Part shown: piece after piece, positions 7,336 through 13,853 of the stretch
Layout of the letters: the number at the start of each line of letters is the position of its first letter
Numbering within the stretch: the first letter of the stretch is position 1
Source: Pseudonocardiales bacterium
GTDB lineage: Bacteria > Actinomycetota > Actinomycetes > Mycobacteriales > Jatrophihabitantaceae
Assembly: GCA_025965875.1 (NCBI GenBank)
Contig: JAOPWD010000338.1
Coordinates: forward strand, 1-13,853
DNA: 13,853 bases
Direction: 5' to 3'
Notes under the pieces: model-generated
Seen by the model: the letters and a program-made list of their open reading frames with translations, nothing else
What the model was told of the DNA's origin: nothing
Databases searched by the model: none
Translations under genes and position numbers: made by a program

Positions 7336-7391
7336 GTAACCCGCCGCTCTATTAGTCAGTACAAGTCCAGATGCTCCGCTCCGAGCGGGCG
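7336..7391 (+). promoter_or_regulatory. Copy 3 of the GTAACCC-N7-TATTAGTCAG module plus a conserved leader, upstream of the Lipoprotein_15-like gene
   Basis: GTAACCC at 7336-7342 and TATTAGTCAG at 7350-7359. The following TACAAGTCCAGATGCTC is shared with the left-edge copy. The ATG is 94 nt downstream. Confidence 0.5.
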
Positions 7392-7429
7392 GCCAGTCCC
7401 CGCCGCATCATTGCGAAGGAATTGAGGTC

Positions 7430-7957
7430 ATGATGATCAGAACCAAACGACTCCCGCTGTATGTCGCCGGCGGTGCTGGGCTCAGCGCGCTAGCGGTTCT
7501 CGGGCTCACGCTGAGCCAATCCGGCTCGAGTGCCGCCGGGGTGTCCGCGTCGCCGTCCTCGACCGTGGTTCAGACCCGCGCCAGCAACCTCGGGCAGATC
7601 CTCGTCGATGCCCAGGGCCGCACGATGTACCTGTTCGCCAAGGACACCGGCCCCGCCTCCACCTGCGTAGGCGCCTGCACGTCAGCCTGGCCACCGGTGC
7701 CAGTGTCGGCCGCGCCGCACGCCGCCGGCGGGGCGTCGGCTTCGGCACTCGGGGTGATCGGCTCGGGCAGTCGGCGGCAACTGAGCTACGCCGGGCACCC
7801 GGTGTACTACTTCGCCGGAGACAGCAAGGCCGGACAGACCCACGGCCAGGCGCTTAACGAGTTCGGCGCCAAATGGTACGTCCTGAACTCAGCAGGAGCC
7901 GCGATCGTCAAAGCCCCAAGCAACGCCGGCAACAGCGGCGGAGGGTACGGCTACTAG
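7430..7957 (+). CDS. Secreted protein with two copies of the Lipoprotein_15-type 'secreted repeat of unknown function' (COG4315-like)
   Basis: Signal peptide, no lipobox Cys. Two repeats are visible: LGQILVDAQGRTMYLFAKDTGPASTCVGACTSAWPPV and LSYAGHPVYYFAGDSKAGQTHGQALNEFGAKWYVL. A GAAGGA-like SD precedes the ATG. Confidence 0.8.
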   Translation: MMIRTKRLPLYVAGGAGLSALAVLGLTLSQSGSSAAGVSASPSSTVVQTRASNLGQILVDAQGRTMYLFAKDTGPASTCVGACTSAWPPVPVSAAPHAAGGASASALGVIGSGSRRQLSYAGHPVYYFAGDSKAGQTHGQALNEFGAKWYVLNSAGAAIVKAPSNAGNSGGGYGY

Positions 7958-7984
7958 CCAGCGGTCTCGACCACGGGCCAGGCC

Positions 7985-8227
7985 ATGACCTGGGCTCATG
8001 ATTCTCCGATCGGCCTCGCCGGCCGGATTGTCACGGCAACCCGGGGCGGGCAGGGCACCGGTGAGGTTGAGCTTCACATCCGGGGCGGCACGGAGGTTTT
8101 CATCGCCCACTCAAACGACCCACTGCCGGTCGGCGCCGCAGTGATCGTGTTTGCCACCTTGGGCCCGCGCACGCTCGTGGTCTTTCCCTGGGCTGACCCC
8201 CTCGACAACATCCTCGACCTGAAATAG
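7985..8227 (+). CDS. NfeD-like C-terminal OB-fold protein (short form without a TM segment)
   Basis: 80 aa. GRIVTATRGGQGTGEVELHIRGGTEVFIAHSNDPLPVGAAVIVFATLGPRTLVV matches the NfeD/YuaF beta-barrel pattern. It is in frame with the upstream gene and starts right after its TAG, so no upstream extension is possible. Sits directly upstream of the flotillin gene. Confidence 0.65.
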   Translation: MTWAHDSPIGLAGRIVTATRGGQGTGEVELHIRGGTEVFIAHSNDPLPVGAAVIVFATLGPRTLVVFPWADPLDNILDLK

Positions 8228-8257
8228 CCATCACCGAAAATAAGGAGTAGTACGCCA

Positions 8258-9592
8258 ATGTTCGGATACCACGTTCCCGCTCCAGACGAAGCGATGCTGA
8301 TCTCGGGAGGCAAGGCCACAGCCTCCGACGCACCGTTCAGGGTGGTCACCGGACGAGGCGCCTACGTCACGCCAATGTTTCGCAAGGCCCGATTCATCAC
8401 CTTGTCCATGTCCGAAGCCGAGGTCGAAGAGAACTGCGTGACGAAACAGGGCATCGCGCTCAAGGTCAAAGCCGTCATCGCCTTCAAGGTGGGCAACGAC
8501 ACGGAGTCCATCGTCAACGCCTCGCAGCGATTCCTATCCGACCAGTCCCAGATGTCGGTACTGACCGGCCGGATCTTCTCCGGCCACCTTCGCTCGATCA
8601 TCGGCTCGATGACCGTCGAGGAGATCGTCACCGAGCGGCAGAAGCTCGCGTCCGAGGTGCTGGACGGATCCAAGGGAGAGATGGCCAAGATCGGTCTCAC
8701 GGTCGACGCGCTCCAGATCCAGTCCATCGACGACATGGGTCTCGGATACGTCGCGGCCATGGCAGCGCCGCACAACGCGGCTATCCAGCGAGCAGCAAAG
8801 GTCGCAGCCTCCCAGGCCGATCAAGCCGCCGCCGAGGCCCACCAGGCGTCCCTGCGAGCTCAGGCCGAATACGCCCGCCAAACCGAAGTAGTCCAAGCCC
8901 AATACGCGGCCGACGTGGAAGCAGCGAAGTCCGCGGCTGCAGCTACGGCGGCGGCCGCCGCCCAGGCGTCGGCTCGAAACCTTGCCAACTACGAGGCCGA
9001 GACCGCAGTCACCCGGTCCAAAGCTGCCCAGATAGCCGCCGAAGCACAGCAGGAATCCGACCGCAACCAGGCCGACTTCGCCCGCCAAACCGCGGTCGCC
9101 AAAGCCACGTTCGCAGCCGAAACCCAAGCGGCTCAAGCCAAAGCAGACCAATCAGGACCCCTCGCCCACGCCGTGGCGCAGCAGCAGGTAATCGACGCCC
9201 AAACGGGCCTAGCCCAGCAGGAGGCCGAACTGACTCGCCAAACGCTGGTCTCCACCGTCGTACGCCCGGCCGAAGCCGACGCGGAGAGAGTCAAGATCCT
9301 GGCCGCAGCCGACGCCGAGCGGACCAAGATCTTGGCCGAGGCGGCCCAGTCGCACAACCGCGTTGCACTCGATCAACAACTCATCGCCCAACTCCCGCTC
9401 ATCGTGGAGAAGGCCGCACAGGGTTTGGCCGGCTCCCACCTGACCGTGCTCAACGGATCTGAGGGAGTTACGGAAGTCGTGTCATCGCTGGTCGGTCAAG
9501 GTCTGGCCATCCTGGACTCGATCCGGCATGGCGTAGCCGGCTCGAGTTCATCCAATGGCCTCCGACCGACCTCGCCGGCAATCAAGGCATGA
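8258..9592 (+). CDS. Flotillin-like SPFH/band-7 domain protein with an Ala/Gln/Glu-rich coiled-coil C-terminus
   Basis: Strong SD AAGGAG 7 nt upstream. The N-terminal PDEAMLISGGK...YVTPMFRKARFITLSMSEAEVEENCVTKQGIALKVKAVIAFKV aligns to the flotillin (FloT/YuaG-like) SPFH domain. An in-frame stop 33 nt upstream means the usual N-terminal membrane hairpin is absent. The C-terminal EA-rich repeat region is typical of flotillins. Confidence 0.85.
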   Translation: MFGYHVPAPDEAMLISGGKATASDAPFRVVTGRGAYVTPMFRKARFITLSMSEAEVEENCVTKQGIALKVKAVIAFKVGNDTESIVNASQRFLSDQSQMSVLTGRIFSGHLRSIIGSMTVEEIVTERQKLASEVLDGSKGEMAKIGLTVDALQIQSIDDMGLGYVAAMAAPHNAAIQRAAKVAASQADQAAAEAHQASLRAQAEYARQTEVVQAQYAADVEAAKSAAAATAAAAAQASARNLANYEAETAVTRSKAAQIAAEAQQESDRNQADFARQTAVAKATFAAETQAAQAKADQSGPLAHAVAQQQVIDAQTGLAQQEAELTRQTLVSTVVRPAEADAERVKILAAADAERTKILAEAAQSHNRVALDQQLIAQLPLIVEKAAQGLAGSHLTVLNGSEGVTEVVSSLVGQGLAILDSIRHGVAGSSSSNGLRPTSPAIKA

Positions 9593-9689
9593 TCCTCGGC
9601 TGGTGCCCCCATGATCATCTTGACGCTGATGAGACCTGATTCCGTCGATATGACCGCGAGTTTCGTCGGCTCGCTCACCAGGGTGTGTG

Positions 9690-10022
9690 CGGAAGTACCA
9701 GCGCGAGGGCGAGGAGCGGCGTGGTGATCGAGCTTTGCCTGCAGCTTTGATCTGAACAACGCAGAGTTCGCGCGAACGGGACACGACTGCCTGCGCTTGG
9801 GCGCCGTCCGGGTCAACGGGTGCTTGCCGACCTCGCCGCGCTCCAGCGCGTACGTGACACCCCGAACAACAGGCCGTGGTAGTTCGCCTTCGTCTTCAAC
9901 GAACGCGGCCAGCCGATCAGCCACGCCTTGACATCGTCTTCACTCACCTGGTCGATCCGCGTATCGAATGGCCGATAGAGCCCGCCACGGCCCTGAACCT
10001 GCACGGCACGCAGCGTCCGCAA
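9690..10022 (-). pseudogene. Remnant of a tyrosine recombinase/phage-type integrase (N-terminal core-binding region only, frameshifted and truncated)
   Basis: The minus frame gives IDQVSEDDVKAWLIGWPRSLKTKANYHGLLFGV. After a +1 shift it continues as VTYALERGEVGKHPLTRTAPKRRQS. Together these follow the integrase N-terminal pattern (...V..W......SL.P.T.....LL..VL..A...G.I..NP......PK.RR). No catalytic domain follows. Local GC is lower than the surroundings. Confidence 0.5.
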
Positions 10023-10046
10023 CTGCCCCTTGTCGTTGGTTCCAGA

Positions 10047-10492
10047 TCAACGTCTGGCCAGTCGGGCGAATGTCAGTGCTAGCAGGAACAGCGCGACATC
10101 GCGCATCAGGATGTCCCAGTAGCCACCGATCATGGCGAGGTTCACGATGATCCCGGCCAACCACAGCGCGACGAGGTAGCCGCCGCCGCGGGGCAGTAGC
10201 AGCACGACGATGCCGGCGAAGATCTCCACGGCGCCGACGACGTACATCGTCTGATGCACACCGTATGGAACGGGCTGAGCCATCGCTGCACATCCGGGGC
10301 GAGGTGCTTGTCCCAGTTCACTATCACGTGCGCGAACTTGTCCGCGCCGTACAGGATCGGCACCAGCGTGAAGCCGTGCCGCATCAGCCAGAACGCCTGG
10401 AACGTGGGGTCGGTCTTCAACCGCACTGCCGGCGATCGGTGATCGGGTTGCAGCGCCGCCTGAGTGGGTGCGGCGCTGGTCGTCATAGCCAT
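10047..10492 (-). pseudogene. DoxX-family membrane protein gene interrupted by a frameshift (or a sequencing error)
   Basis: The N-terminal part (FQAFWLMRHGFTLVPILYGADKFAHVIVNWDKHLAPDV) is in one frame. The C-terminal part (PVPYGVHQTMYVVGAVEIFAGIVVLLLPRGGGYLVALWLAGIIVNLAMIGGYWDILMRDVALFLLALTFARLA) is in the -1 frame. The switch lies near 10265-10290. The two parts together give a normal DoxX of about 140 aa. Confidence 0.6.
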
Positions 10493-10501
10493 CTCTTCTT
10501 G

Positions 10502-10563
10502 TATCGGATACTGTCGTGTACGTTAGACCGGTGACGCACTAACATAAACTCATGTGTCCGATA
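10502..10563. promoter_or_regulatory. Extended imperfect dyad (about 62 bp, centred 10532/10533) in the divergent intergenic region between the DoxX-like gene and the regulator gene; candidate operator
   Basis: The outer arms TATCGGA/TCCGATA (10502-10508, 10557-10563) and the inner arms GTTAG/CTAAC (10522-10526, 10539-10543) share one centre. 19 of 31 positions are symmetric overall. This is the most AT-rich stretch of the window. Confidence 0.35.
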
Positions 10564-10585
10564 GACTTTCGCCGGAGGAGCCACC

Positions 10586-11338
10586 ATGCGAGACATCGAC
10601 GGTGACGAGGGATTCGACCGGCAGGTCGGGCGAATCGCGGCACTGGCCGAGCCGATCCGACGTGCCCTGTACCGCTACATCAGCACCGAACCAGGTCCGG
10701 TCGGCCGCGAACAGGCGGCCTCGGCGGTCGGTGTGGCGACGCACGTAGCGAAGTTCCACCTCGACAAGCTCGAAGCCGGCGGGCTTCTCGACAGCGAGTA
10801 CAGCCGACCTCCGGGGCGGAGCGGACCCGGAGCGGGGCGTCCGGCCAAGCGCTATCGACGCTCCATTCGCGAGGTGTCGGTCAGCTTGCCTGAACGCCGC
10901 TACGACCTGGCCGGCCGCATCATGGCACAGGCGATCGACGCGGCTACTGACTCCGGGACACCCCTGGCCGACGCGTTGCACCAGGCTGCCGCCGAACACG
11001 GCCGCCACCTAGGCGATCGCGTCACCGCCCGCCTCGGTCGTCGCCGCAGCCCGGCAGCGTTCGGCCAGGCAATCAACGGCGTGCTGACTGACTACGGGTA
11101 CGAACCTCGCGCAGGCGATGACGACGCCGTCACCCTGACCAACTGTCCTTTTCATGCCTTGGCACAGGAACACACCGAACTGGTGTGCGGCATCAACCTC
11201 GACCTGTTCAGCGGCATGCTCGAGACGTGCGAGGGCAGCGGCATGCATGCCCGTCTCGAACCGGCTCCCGACCGATGCTGCGTCACGCTAAGCCGGGATC
11301 GACAGGCCGGGGCCCGCGCAGGACAGGCAACGGCATGA
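10586..11338 (+). CDS. Winged-helix (ArsR/HTH_20-like) transcriptional regulator with a Cys/His-containing C-terminal domain
   Basis: SD GGAGG 7 nt upstream. The N-terminal segment IAALAEPIRRALYRYIS...VGREQAASAVGVATHVAKFHLDKLEAGGLL is wHTH-like. The C-terminal segment LTNCPFHALAQEHTELVCGINLDLFSGMLETCEG carries C/H/C/C candidate ligand residues. Its stop overlaps the folE start (ATGA at 11335-11338). Confidence 0.75.
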   Translation: MRDIDGDEGFDRQVGRIAALAEPIRRALYRYISTEPGPVGREQAASAVGVATHVAKFHLDKLEAGGLLDSEYSRPPGRSGPGAGRPAKRYRRSIREVSVSLPERRYDLAGRIMAQAIDAATDSGTPLADALHQAAAEHGRHLGDRVTARLGRRRSPAAFGQAINGVLTDYGYEPRAGDDDAVTLTNCPFHALAQEHTELVCGINLDLFSGMLETCEGSGMHARLEPAPDRCCVTLSRDRQAGARAGQATA

Positions 11339-11967
11339 CCATGTTGCGGAGCTCGAGCATCGAGGCCGATATCGCACCGGCCCGCCCGTTACGTGTCGCG
11401 GCATCCGGCAGCACGGTCGATCTCGACGCGGCGGAGCGGGCTGCCGCCGCGCTGCTGCACGCGCTGGGAATCGACACCGACAGCGAAGGCCTTCGTGGTA
11501 CCCCGCGGAGGGTGGCTCGCGCTTACGCCGAGCTGTTCACCCCGAGCGCCTTCGATGTGACGACCTTCGCCAACGACGAGGGCTATGACGAGCTCGTGCT
11601 CGTGCGCGACATCCCGCTGCGCTCGGTGTGTGAACACCACCTGTTGCCGTTCATCGGCGTCGCACACGTCGGGTACCTGCCTGGGCAACGCATCGTCGGT
11701 CTGTCCAAGCTGGCGCGAGTGGTGGAGCACTTCGCAAGCCGACCGCAGGTGCAGGAACGGTTGACCAAACAGGTCGCGGACTGGCTTGACCAGTCTCTGC
11801 AGCCGGAGGGCGCTGGCGTCGTGATCGAGGCTGAGCACACCTGCATGACATTGCGAGGTGTACGTGCCTCGGGCACGTCGACGATCACGTCGGCCCTCGT
11901 GGGCACGGTCCGCGACGACCCGCGGACGCGACAGGAATTCCTCGCACTCACCAACCACCGCAGCTGA
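11335..11967 (+). CDS. folE: GTP cyclohydrolase I (type IA, FolE)
   Basis: The translation carries GLRGTPRRVARAYAELF...VCEHHLLPF.G.AHVGYLP...VGLSKLARVVEHFASRPQVQERLT.QVADWL...GVVIEAEHTCMTLRGV. These are diagnostic FolE motifs, including the Cys-His-His zinc site. The start is chosen at the ATG that overlaps the upstream stop, and the length of 210 aa is typical. Confidence 0.9.
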   Translation: MTMLRSSSIEADIAPARPLRVAASGSTVDLDAAERAAAALLHALGIDTDSEGLRGTPRRVARAYAELFTPSAFDVTTFANDEGYDELVLVRDIPLRSVCEHHLLPFIGVAHVGYLPGQRIVGLSKLARVVEHFASRPQVQERLTKQVADWLDQSLQPEGAGVVIEAEHTCMTLRGVRASGTSTITSALVGTVRDDPRTRQEFLALTNHRS

Positions 11968-11989
11968 CGGCAAGTCGGAGGAGACCGAC

Positions 11990-13246
11990 ATGAGCCCTAC
12001 GACCATCAACGTCGTCATCATCGGCGGTGGCCTCGGCGGAGCAAAAGCGGCCGAGGCGCTCCGCGCGCAAGGCTTCGCCGGGTCGATCACGCTGATCAGC
12101 AACGAAGCAGACGCACCCTACGAACGCCCGCCGCTGTCCAAGGGTTACCTCGCCGGCCGCTCGCCGTTCGAGGATGCTGTGGTTCATCCGCCGCAGTGGT
12201 ATGCCGAGCATGACGTGGATCTACGGCTGTCAACGACCGCGACGGCATTCGACAAGGACGAGCACACCGTCACGCTCAGCGACGGCACGACGCTGCCCTA
12301 CGACAAGCTGCTGCTGGCTACCGGTGCGGTGCCCCGCAAGCTGTCCGTACCGGGCGCGACTGCGGATAATGTGCTGTACCTGCGGCGACACGACGATGCC
12401 GACGCCATCCGCGCGACGTTCGGGGCGGGGAAGCGGTTGGTGATCATCGGCGCCGGGTGGATCGGGCTCGAGGTGGCGGCCGCCGCGCGTGACGCGGACA
12501 CCGAGGTCGCCATCGTCGAGATGGCGGAGCTGCCACTGTTAGGCGTCCTGGGGCCAGAGATCGCGAGGGTGTTCGCCGACCTGCACACCAGCCACAGCGT
12601 GCAGCTCCATCTGGGAGCCACCCTGGAAGAGATCACCCTTGACGACACTGGCCGGGCGAACGGGGTTCGGCTCGCAGACGGCACACTGATCTGCGCCGAT
12701 GCCATGGTCGTTGGCGTCGGCGTCAGCCCCGATATCGCGCTCGCCGAGGCAGGCGGCTTGGCCATCGACAACGGTGTGCTCGTCGACGCTTCACTTCGCA
12801 CCAGTGACCCGGACATCTACGCGGTCGGAGACATCGCCAACCAAGCACACCCCAGCATCGGTGTCAGAGTGCGGGTCGAACATTGGGCCACCGCGCTCAA
12901 GCAACCGGACGTCGCCGTCGCCGCGATGCTCGGCTCTGAGGATGAAGACCGCATCTACTCCGAGCTGCCGTACTTCTTCAGCGATCAGTACGACCTCGGA
13001 ATGGAATACATCGGCCACACCGTCAGGAATGTAGAGCATCGGGTGATCGTTCGCGGCGACCTTGCGAGCCGAGAATTCGTCGCGTTCTGGCTGGACGGGA
13101 CAAACCGGATCAAGGCCGTGATGAACGTCAACGTCTGGGACGTCATCGACGCAGTCAAGCCTTTGATCCTTGCCGGGACCGCTGTCGAGCCCGCCAGGCT
13201 GTCCGACCCGCAGGTCGCCTACCGCGAACTTGCGGGCGCTCGCTGA
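11990..13246 (+). CDS. FAD/NAD(P)H-dependent ferredoxin (putidaredoxin/rubredoxin-type) reductase family oxidoreductase
   Basis: SD GGAGGA 9 nt upstream. The FAD-binding motif is VVIIGGGLGGAKAAEAL. The NAD-binding motif is RLVIIGAGWIGLEVAAAA. The second FAD motif is IYAVGDIA. The protein is 418 aa, and the listed ORF start at 11858 is an over-extension. Confidence 0.85.
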   Translation: MSPTTINVVIIGGGLGGAKAAEALRAQGFAGSITLISNEADAPYERPPLSKGYLAGRSPFEDAVVHPPQWYAEHDVDLRLSTTATAFDKDEHTVTLSDGTTLPYDKLLLATGAVPRKLSVPGATADNVLYLRRHDDADAIRATFGAGKRLVIIGAGWIGLEVAAAARDADTEVAIVEMAELPLLGVLGPEIARVFADLHTSHSVQLHLGATLEEITLDDTGRANGVRLADGTLICADAMVVGVGVSPDIALAEAGGLAIDNGVLVDASLRTSDPDIYAVGDIANQAHPSIGVRVRVEHWATALKQPDVAVAAMLGSEDEDRIYSELPYFFSDQYDLGMEYIGHTVRNVEHRVIVRGDLASREFVAFWLDGTNRIKAVMNVNVWDVIDAVKPLILAGTAVEPARLSDPQVAYRELAGAR

Positions 13247-13662
13247 CGGAGGCCGGCAGGTGTCGACCCGACGGGGCGCCGCCCGCCACATACGCGCAGG
13301 CTTGAGGCTTGCGTTGGGCAGCATGCCGCAGCGGGCGCGGGGAGCGACCTGATCGCGCCGCAGCACAGTGCGGACCGACCGGCGCTAGCATGGATCTGTA
13401 CCGCCCCCACAAGGCGGGACGCTCGTCTTGCGACGAACTCGCGTGTGCGGTCGTCGATCCGCCCGTCAACCGGCGGCTGAGGGCGGCCGCAGTGGGCGGC
13501 CCGTCCGGTCCCGCGGTGTCGATCTCGCGGAGTTCGGTTGGGCCAGCAGCGTCTCGGAGCAGCCGCCCGGGGCTCTCTTGGCGGAACATTCATAGTCCGA
13601 CCGCGGGTATGTGTGCGGAATTCTCGCCCGGCCAGCGTGCCGGGCGTTCAGAGGAGGAGTCT

Positions 13663-13853
13663 GTGGCTCGACCAGGCCGGCGTCAGATGGGCGCTCGCCG
13701 TACCGCTTCCCGGAAGCAGCGACGCGTCCCCGCCCCCGAGGACGTCTTCTCGGTGCTCGCCCGCGCCGTGCGTGAGGTGGAAGCAGCTGTCCAGCGTCGC
13801 CGCGTGACACCCGCGGTGCGCACGAAGTTCCAGGTCGTCGCACTGCTTGCACG
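13663..13853 (+). CDS. 5' part of an unidentified protein-coding gene running off the window (GTG start)
   Basis: GAGGAGGAG at 13651-13659 precedes GTG 13663. The frame is open to the window end with high GC3 (about 80%) and a plausible composition (VARPGRRQMGARRTASRKQRRVPAPEDVFSVLARAVREVEAAVQRRRVTPAVRTKFQVVALLA). The antisense ORF 13466-13852 is Arg/Pro-rich junk. Confidence 0.35.
   Translation, partial: MARPGRRQMGARRTASRKQRRVPAPEDVFSVLARAVREVEAAVQRRRVTPAVRTKFQVVALLA

Noticed and set aside
8534-9151. 205-aa minus-strand ORF (Gly/Leu/Arg repeats) antisense to the flotillin gene
   Set aside because: It mirrors the Ala/Gln/Glu repeat region of flotillin on the opposite strand and is a low-complexity artefact.
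11389-13366. Minus-strand ORFs 11389-12102, 12298-12816 and 12791-13366
   Set aside because: They are antisense to folE and the ferredoxin reductase gene, both of which have unambiguous family motifs. Ser/Arg/Ala-rich junk composition.
1-13853. tRNA genes, rRNA genes, CRISPR arrays, intact IS elements
   Set aside because: No T-loop-like GGTTCGAAT-type motifs outside coding frames, no spaced direct-repeat array, and no terminal inverted repeats flanking a transposase were seen.

Overview
High-GC (about 68-70%) actinobacterial-type chromosomal DNA with compact genes and several ATGA start/stop overlaps. Supportable content, left to right: (i) A minus-strand ECF sigma factor / membrane anti-sigma factor pair (928-1521 / 260-931). 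(ii) A 4-TM membrane protein (2094-2708, minus) divergent from a YceI-like gene (2967-3572). (iii) A decayed fragment (about 4075-4459, minus) that is a paralogous copy of the anti-sigma factor's extracytoplasmic C-terminal domain, carrying frameshifts. (iv) A secreted-protein cluster: PAP2/vanadium-haloperoxidase-like enzyme (4640-5953), a TIGR03118-like beta-propeller protein (6036-7175) and a Lipoprotein_15-repeat protein (7430-7957). (v) An NfeD-like OB-fold gene (7985-8227) followed by a flotillin/SPFH gene (8258-9592); both appear to lack the usual membrane anchors. (vi) A tyrosine-integrase N-terminal remnant (about 9690-10022, minus) next to a frameshifted DoxX-like gene (10047-10492, minus). 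(vii) A winged-helix regulator with a Cys/His-rich C-terminal domain (10586-11338), translationally coupled to GTP cyclohydrolase I folE (11335-11967) and followed by a ferredoxin-reductase-type flavoprotein (11990-13246). The most interesting non-coding signal is a conserved module GTAACCC-N7-TATT(AGTCAG), present four times. It sits upstream of the ECF sigma gene itself, upstream of the PAP2-like gene, upstream of the Lipoprotein_15-like gene, and on the minus strand at the left edge pointing out of the window. This looks like the cognate promoter or operator of a local ECF sigma regulon of secreted proteins. No tRNA, rRNA or CRISPR array was seen. Everything here rests on reading translated ORFs and motifs by eye; no database search was possible.
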